Shown here piece by piece: positions 8,501 to 17,500 of a DNA stretch of 31,395 bases. Both the position numbers and the translations under genes were made by a program. Position 1 is the stretch's first letter; every line of letters begins with the position of its first letter. Source of the stretch: a virus (lineage: Duplodnaviria > Caudoviricetes); IMG/VR virus record IMGVR_UViG_3300045424_000079, positions 1 through 31,395 of that record; one strand, 5' to 3'. The notes under the pieces were generated by a model. That model was given only the letters and a program-made list of their open reading frames with translations. It was not told where the DNA came from and searched no databases.

Positions 8501-11500
8501 ATGAAACTGGCGGAGAAACAGCTTTTGAAAGAAGTCACGTTTCCGAAGCATCAGCCGCTGACATTAAAAGAGTGCGGGCAACAAGAGGCTATGCTAATTC
8601 TGTAAGTGTCGGTAGAGGAATTCCAATTTGGATGAGCAGAGATGCAAATCAAGAAACTCGATCAGTTGGAAAGGGAATGACAGGCCCACAATTAGCAAAA
8701 GAATTTAGAAAAGCAATTGCAGCAGGAAGACACCCATTTGAACCATGGATGACTGCAGCTCAAGGTTTAGGCGGAGATCCAAGAAATAATACTCAATTTA
8801 ATAAAGTATTTAATGAAATGCTTAAAAATCTTGAAAAAGACACTAGAGTATTTGGTGGTAAAAATGGAGTAATGACATTTGAAAAATGGTTTGAAAAAGA
8901 AGTAATTGGATCGAAATCCTTTAAAGATATAAGGGTTGGAGATAGATCATTCAAATCAATATTTAATTCAGTTCTACAGCCTATGGGGCCAAGAGATGGA
9001 AAGCCTATTGCTGCATTAGAAACACTTGTTAAATCCAGAACTGGTTTAACTACAATTGAAAATTCAAAACTGGCTGGTCTTGCAAAAGGAATGCTAGGAA
9101 CATTTAGTGGAAGCTCATTTAACGCAAGCAGACAAAGACTTGCAATAATGATGTCAAGAGCATTTCTTAAAAGAAATTCAGGCGGCTCTATTCCTGGGGG
9201 AACTGTAGAAAGAGGAAGATACGGATATGGCAAGCCTTTCTTTGTTGGCATGCCAAGATCTATTAAACAAGTTGAAGCACAAAGAGCGGCAAGAACAGCA
9301 ATGGAAAGAGCAAGCACTGCTGTATCGGAATCAAGATTTGCAAAGAAGCCAGTAACTCAATATGGAGAACTATTGTCTCCGACCACAGGAAGAAGTTTTC
9401 CTGTAGCAGGAGTTGGGGGCCTATACATGAAGGGCGACGAAAAGGTATTCGTTAAGCCAGTGTTAGATGAAAGAGCAGCTTTGGCAGAAATGAGAGCAAC
9501 AGAAATTGCTCGTGATGTTCATGGCCTACATGCTCCAAAACAAAAAATTGTTGTTATGCAAGACCCTACTGATCCAACTGGTAAAAGAAAGCTATTGGCA
9601 CTTGAATCAAAATTTGATCCAAGCCTAGCAGCTACAGATGCAAAATTTACAACAGATCAATACTTTAGACAATTAGTTGCATCAGCATTACGTGGGGACA
9701 AAGATTTAGGAAAAGGCAATTTGTCTGGAAATGTTCTTTCAGATGTAGGCCCAGCTGGAGTATTCTCAGCAGCATCTGGGCTTAGAGGATACGCATCCAT
9801 GATGCCTTCAGTAAAAGAGCAGGCCTATATAAATCTATTAGGAAGAAAAGGCAGCGGGGCTAAGAAGTTCTTTGCTGAGTCAACCCACCAGATACCAAAA
9901 GGAATGACAGCCGATGAATATCATAATCGTATGCTTAAAGAAATTGAGAGTGCTTTACCAAAGCTTAAGCAAACGGTTTCAAGATTTGATTTAAACCCAG
10001 AAGAAAAAGTTGTTTATGAAGCAATGATTAAAAGACTTTCTGATGCAAGAGGTGTTAACTGGAAAGAGCTTCATGGAATTCACTCTGGCTTACAAATTTC
10101 ACCAGAAAAACAAATGACACCAGCGGCCATAGCAAAGATGGTTGCAGCAGATGAACTAAAGCGTAGACAGTCTGGTCACTCAGCAAGTCTTTCAGACAAT
10201 GCCTTTAAGACTGATGCAAATGGATTCTGGCTTGGTGGCATGGTTCCAGATGCATCTGGTGGAGATAAGGCCTTAATGCAAGGAGATATGTTCCAGCATG
10301 ATGTATTAAGACCAGGGTTTAGATTTGGTGGATTGCTTGAAGCATTAACAAAAGGCAAAGCAATGCATAAAATTGGTGCAGGATTTGGAAAAGATTCTAC
10401 TGGCGGATGGGGAGTAACATCCTTACAAATAGGAATGGCTGAAAAGCTTTTTGGGTCTACTGGACTAACAAAGAGAACACAAAAAATTCTTTATGATAAA
10501 TTTGCAGCGCAGCTTGCTAAAGAAATGCCATATGGATATTCAAAGAATGCACAAGGGCATTTAATAAAAGCATTAGAGCCAGACGTTATGGACTCTGTAA
10601 TAAGATCAGCAGCCTCATCTACCCTGTCAGCACCAGAGGGAAGAAAAGTGCTTTCTACAATAGATAGAGAAATTCTTAGAAAGAAGTTTGCAAACTGGGA
10701 GTCTAAAAAAGATACACCTCTAACAGAAACTTTGAAGCAGTTAGTATTTGGAATAGAAAAAAGAGAAATGGGCGGACCAGTTAATGCTGGGCAGCCATAC
10801 ATTGTTGGAGAAAAAGGACCAGAGCTATTTGTTCCAAGAAATGCTGGTGGGATAGTTCCAAACGGATATGCAACTGGTGGCAAAATTATAAATGGCTATA
10901 ATGCTGGTGGCATTGTAGCAATGCTAAAACAATTAGCACTAATCATAGGTTTAAGCGAAGGAGCCAAGTTTGCTGGCAATAAGGTTGGTGGAACTCCTGG
11001 AGACATGTTGTCTATGGTTGGTCAATTCTTACCTTTCTTAATAATGGGTAACGCAATGCCAAAGGGTGGTGGCAAAGGAATTGGAAACATGTTCCCTAAA
11101 GCTACAAAGCCTATTGGAGCAGCTAAAGCAGTTGAAGGTGTTTTTGTTAACGGAAAGCCTTTAATGAATGCAACAAAGTATGGAACACAGCTAGATAAAC
11201 TAACTAAAAGCTCTAATATTTTTTCTAAAACATTAGGAATGTCATTAAAGATGTTTACAAGATTCAATCTTGCTCTTGGAACACTTGCAGTTGGTGGGCA
11301 GTACGCATGGAAAAAATGGCAACAGCATAACGAGGCTCTAAGATTAAATGCATTAGGATATGGAATGACAGCTGAAGCTGCCTCAAAAGCAGGACTTAAG
11401 TTTACAAACTTTAATGATAAAATTAAAGAAGCAATCAACAATGCAAAAGCATTAAGAGAAAAAAATACTCTTCTCTATGAAAGCATGAAGGGGTCTGGCA

Positions 11501-14500
11501 CTCCATTAAAAATTACAATTGAAGAATACAAGAAATTAAAAAAAGAAGTTAAAGAAAATTATTCTGATCAAGTAGCTCTTATTAATCAAACAGGCAACAA
11601 CTCAGAAAAACAAAAAGCTTTAGCAATAAGGCTCAAAGAACAATTAATTGCTATGGGAATGTCTGCTGAAGATGCTGCTAAAAAGATATACACAATGTAT
11701 GCAGCCTCAGACTTTGCTCCCAATGCAGCCGCGTGGACAGTTAGATCACAAGGATTCAGAGATATTAAAGATACTGCCTCAGCTGCAGCTCAAGCAATAG
11801 AAGATTTAACTACTGCAATGGAAACTAATCGTGATGCAACTGAGCAGGCCAACCAGCTAAATACAGCAATGATGGCTTTATCTACGGACGTAGAATCTAG
11901 ACAAGCAAAAGCATTAAAAGAAGCACGAAAGCAAGCCAATAAAGATGGCACTTATCTTTCAACGGGCGATGAAAAACAAATAATGCTTGATCAAGAGCAA
12001 GCGGCTATTGATGCAATTAATGCTAAAGTAGAAAATCAAGTATATTTGACTAAAGAAGTTGTAGACGAAATGGCCAAGATAGATCCAGCCATTAGACAAA
12101 TTGTTAATGAGCAGGATACCGCTTTGTCTTTATGGCAAAAAACAAGAATTCAAGTTAAGGGATATACTGGAGATCTTAGATCGCTTAATGCCCAACAGAC
12201 AAACGACTTATACAAATTACAAATAGCGTTAGGCAAATCAATAGAGGCTGCAAACAGAGCACCTGGGGGAGCGCTAGAAAAGCAGTATAAAGAATTAGAT
12301 AAAAATAAAAAACTACAAGCCGCTTATGAAAAAGCAGCAAGAGGACAGTCAGTTGCACAGCAAATATCAGATAGAGATAAGATAGCATCTCTGCAAAAAC
12401 AAATAGATGCCAATAATAAATTAACCGAGTCAAGACTTAAGGCATTGGATGCTGCAAAGCAAGAGGGGGATATTGCTAGAGAAATTGCAAAGAAGCAGGC
12501 AGAGTATGATGCAGCGCTTGCAACTGGCAACATAGCTGGAGCACAACAAGCAAGCCTAGATATTCAGGGTTACCAAAGCGACCTTCAATATAATGCTCAA
12601 AAGAAATCTCTTGAAGATTCAAACATACTTCAGAACCTACCACTACAAAAATTAATTGAAGCAATTCAAGGAAAGCAACAAGGTATATCTGATAAGGCAG
12701 CACTTGCGTCCGAAAAATTAGGAGATCTTTCTACAACAATTACTAAACAAGAAACTGCAATTAGCGATGTAAATAGCGCAATGCTAAACTGGGAGATTGA
12801 ATTATTAAAACAACCAGAAGCAGAAAGAGCAAAATGGAAAGCAAGCAAGCAATCTGAAACAATGCTTGCTGCTGTTGCAGATGCTGCAAAAGCGGCAGGA
12901 ATTAAACTTAACGGATTAAAGGATCTTGATTTTGCCAAGGGTCTTGTTGAGGGAATTGATAAGAAGCTTGGAGCAGTTAGCACAATAGGTATTGATGGAA
13001 ATGTTACTATAGTCCTTGCAAATGGGCAGCAGTTAAATATAGGTAATGGACGAGGCAATGGAACAAAAGATACTCCATTTGATTTAGGAAAAGTTGGAGA
13101 AGGAACAAATACTATATCTGGTGCAACCGTAGCAAACTGGGGACATTCGGTACTAGATAAGGGACCACTTGGAATTAGTCAACAGCTCAAGGGGCTTGCA
13201 CATGAAAAAGGTATTCTTCCTGGACAGTTCTTCTCAGTAACAGATAAAGATGGGAAAGTTTCTGTCTTTAAAATGCGAGATGATGGAGGCTTGACTAGAC
13301 AAAATAATCCATACAAAAAAGCAGATGGTGGACATATTGTAGGAGCTGGAACAGCGACATCTGACTCTATCCCAGCATATCTTTCAAATGGTGAATATGT
13401 AATTAAAGCAGATTCTGTAAAGAAATATGGAGTAGACCATTTCGATGCACTAAATGCTGGTAAGTATGCACAAGGCGGTTTAATAAATTCAGGCCCTCAA
13501 TCTGAGCACAAGAGCTCATTTGGAAATGGGTCTACAAATGTAAATGTAAATATGCAGGGCGGAAAGTTAATGGGCCCAATAGAGGCATGGCAAGAAGCTA
13601 ATAAACAAGTTGTTAAAATTGAAGTTCCTCCAATTACCGCTAATTTTGCTACCAACTCTTATGTGTTGAATAAAGAACAAAGACTAGAGCTTCAAAAGAT
13701 TGCTTCGGATCTTCTTAAGCATAAACTAGACTCACTAGTTGTTGAAGGACATACAGATTCAGTAGGAAAAGGAAAAGACAATAAGATCCTTTCACAAAAT
13801 AGAGCAAAGGCAATTGCAGAGTACCTGTCAAAATTTGTTCCTGGCACAGGATTCATCCCAGTAGGATATGGAGAGTATAGACCACTTGTTCCAAATTCAA
13901 ATGCTGAAAATAAGGCTAAGAACAGAAGAGCAGAACTAATTCTCCCAGATAAATACAAAACAATTTATCCAGAGTACAAGCCTGAAAAACATGAGTACAT
14001 GTTAAGTAAGGGCCGCATTGAAGGCAGCGGAGCGATCCTTAGCACAAATGGCCAGCTAATTGGCACAAATGGAACACTGACTAGTGGCGGATCAATGCAG
14101 TCAGCCATAAACTGGGGCAAGCTATTTAAGAAAGTCAAGAAAGCTATTGGCTTCCATACAGGCGGACCAGTAGGTCATCGTCACGGAAGAAACTTACCAA
14201 AGACTAAACCATCTCCTACACCATCTCCTACAAACAGGTATATGACAGTAGAGGAACACCGCCAGCTGCAGGGAATGAATCTTGAAAACAATGGAAGCGC
14301 TTCTAAGCCAAATGGCAATGCTTCAGGTATGCAGCCTGGGGATAAATGGAATAATAGACATATAACACAATCAGTTGGAAAATGGCTCATTAATAGCATG
14401 AATCCAGTAGCTCCAATTACTAATATGTTGCCAAAAAACATAAGAGATTCTATGGCAAATCCAGCGTACTCAGTATTTGGGCAGCCATTTGAAGAAATAA

Positions 14501-17500
14501 TAGCAGGAAGCCCAACCAAGGGAGACTGGTTAAATGCAGCCTTAACTTTTATTCCATTTGGAAAAATTGGATCAGGGATAAAAGCAATCCCTAAAACACT
14601 AAAAACAATTAAGCAAATTCCTACAGCAATTAAAGTTGGAAGTAAGCTAAAAGCTGGTAATTTTGATGACCTAATAAATATAGGAAAGTCTACAGCAGGA
14701 AAGTCAAGGCCGTCTATAATGAAGGCTGCTGATGGATCTGTACATTACATGAAGATTATGCAGGATGTAATGGAAGGTGCATTTGAAGTAACTGGTTCCA
14801 CAATAGCTAAAAGATTTAAAATGCCAAGTACTGACAACATCTTGGGCACTTGGAAGAACTTGTCTGTCATATTAAGTAAAGATTTTGCATCAAAGGGAAT
14901 GAAAACGCTAGAAGATGCTGGTGCAATGTTGCCACACGGATTCCTTGACATGGATTGGCTTAAAGCTAATGCTTCAATGAAAAGCTTTGGAAAGATGAGA
15001 GCAGTCTCATCCATACTAGGGCACGGAGACATGCATCCAGGCAACCTACTGCTTAAGGGCAAAAAAACTCTTGGAGCATTTGACTGGGGAATTATAGATA
15101 ATTTGACTAACCCAGCTGAAACAGCGTGGAAAGCGGGCAGCACCCTAGTTGGAAAACAAGCTTCTCAATTTACTAAAGGCTTCTCTTCTGTAAGAAAGTC
15201 AATAGCTAAGCAAGGCCCAGAGAAATTCATAGATGATATTTTAACTAAGAGCGGAATTACTGACGAAGGACAGTTGAAGGTTCTACGTATAGTACTTGAA
15301 AGAAATGTAAAGTCTTTATTAGATTTGAATATTCCTGGCAGATTCCATAAGGGCGGAGCAGTAGGACATAGACATGGAAGATCTCTTCCAAAAAAGAAAA
15401 ATTGGTTTCAAAACTATGTCTCTGATTTAACTCAAAGCCAAGATGAAGCACAAAAACTTCTTTCTAAATCTCCACTTACTTCATGGATGAGTGCAGATCC
15501 TCTTGGAGCAAAATCTATTTTTAGAAATATTGCTGGTCAGGGTAGGAGTGGTGATACTTTAAACTCAATACTTTTCCCTTTAAACTTCCTTGGAATGGGG
15601 TCTGCTAAAGGTGCGGTAGTTAAGCCAGTGGGTAGTATGCTAGGAAAAATTACAAAGCCGCTAACCAGTATGCTATCAAGAATAAAAGATTCAAGGTCTG
15701 TTGTAAAAATAAAGTATCCATTAGATGTTGCTGCACCGTCTGCAAAAATGCTAGGATCAGCAGCACTAAGAGCCGCACAACAGACACCTCAAGGCATAAC
15801 AAATCTTTTAAGATCTGGATTATGGAAGACATTTGGTGCAACAAAATTAGGACAAAAAGCGCTATACAAAATACCTAAAATTGCTGGGTTTAGACCCTAC
15901 AGTCCAATGGGCATTGGATCTGTATTTAAAAATACATCTGATTATGTTAGAAGAACTGGTAAGAGTTTTTTTGATGATATTACAAATCGACCACATTCTG
16001 CCCCATCTCGTACTGGTGCTCCAACTGGAGCCAAGGCTTGGGATGATTGGGCAGACTATAGCAAGATTGGAAAAACAAATCCGCAAGAAGCTTTTGGTGA
16101 GCTTTTTGGGCTACTATCTAATTTAACTAAATCAGTAGCCCTAAAACCTATCGTTAAAATTGGCACCAAGGCAAAATCAAAAATAACTTCTAGTATTGAT
16201 GCTAAAAGAAACTCATTAAAATTCTTTAAACAATTTATAGTTCCATCAAAATCTTCATTTAATCCAAAACAAGCAATATCAAATTTCCTGTATAGATACA
16301 CTCCATACGGATCAATGAAAGCTAAGACATTATTAAAGACAGGAGAAAGAGAAGGAAGTTGGTCCCCTTCAGCAGTTGATCCAAGCTCAGGACCAGAAAT
16401 GTTTGAAACACTTAAACAACTAGCAATGCGCCCATTTTATCATGGTGGTATTATGCCAGAAACGCTTATAAATAGATCAACACCTGGTGTTCTAGGAAAT
16501 CCAGTAGATGACCTATTTGCAGCTAAGCATAGCATGTTTGGAAATCTATTTGATTTTGATTTGTTCACTACAGCTTCAAAAGGAATGTCTGCTTCATATT
16601 CAAAAACTAAAAATACTGTAAATGTATTTAGTGAAGAAGCAGGAAACATATATGAAATGTTTTTCAAAAAACTTGCTGGAAAGAGGACTCTAGATTTACG
16701 TGGCGGAGAAAAATCAATTTGGTCTCAAAACAAAAGAGCTTATGCCGCTCTAGAAGCGTTTTTAGCTAAAGCTCATGGAATTGAAACTGCAAGATTGATG
16801 TTAGCAGGAGAAAGAATTCCTGGCAAGGCATTCAGCTCACTTGGTAGAGCAAGAGACAGTTTCTTGCAGGGAGAAAATCTAAGGCTGGCCTTTACTAAGC
16901 TAGGTCCAAGAGGATTTAAATACATTATTGATACTCTTGTACACGAAGGCGGCAGAAATACAAATTCTGTATCGCATCCAGTTATAGCATCACTAGCTCC
17001 TCAAAGAGTGGTTAGTGGATTTAAAAAAATATTAGATGGAACAGATCTAGGATTTTTTGATTCTTTAAATTTAAATAAAGTAAACTTTTCTAGAGTTACA
17101 TCTGAATTAGAAAAAACACTAACAGAAATTGTTACAAGAAGTGTTGATCAAAAAGACAAGCTTGGTAAAGTTCTGCCATTCTTAAAGGCAGGGCATTTTG
17201 CAAACGGTGGGATAGCTGGATCTAGATACAATATACCTAAATTTGAAACTGGAATAAATAGCGTACCAGCCGACATGCTTGCAATGCTTCATAAGAATGA
17301 AGCCGTTGTTCCTGCAAATATGAACCCCTTTAATCCAAACGCTAATAATGCTACAATGGGTGGAGCAACATATAATATTACAAATAATATTAATGGATTC
17401 GATGGGGACATAAATCAATTGTCAAATATAGTAACACAAAAGACTATTACAGCAATAAAGACTCTTGATTCCCGCAATTCTAAAATGACTGGTTCATCAA

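Noticed and set aside
14152-15393. FHxGG..GHRHGR repeat pair as a DGR template/variable repeat or CRISPR repeat
   Set aside because: Only two in-frame copies, many differences are synonymous and not adenine-specific, and there is no reverse transcriptase or cas gene in the window.
8218-17315. TMP inserts as inteins or introns
   Set aside because: No C/S...HN-C/S/T splice junctions or LAGLIDADG motifs recognised, and the reading frame is continuous.
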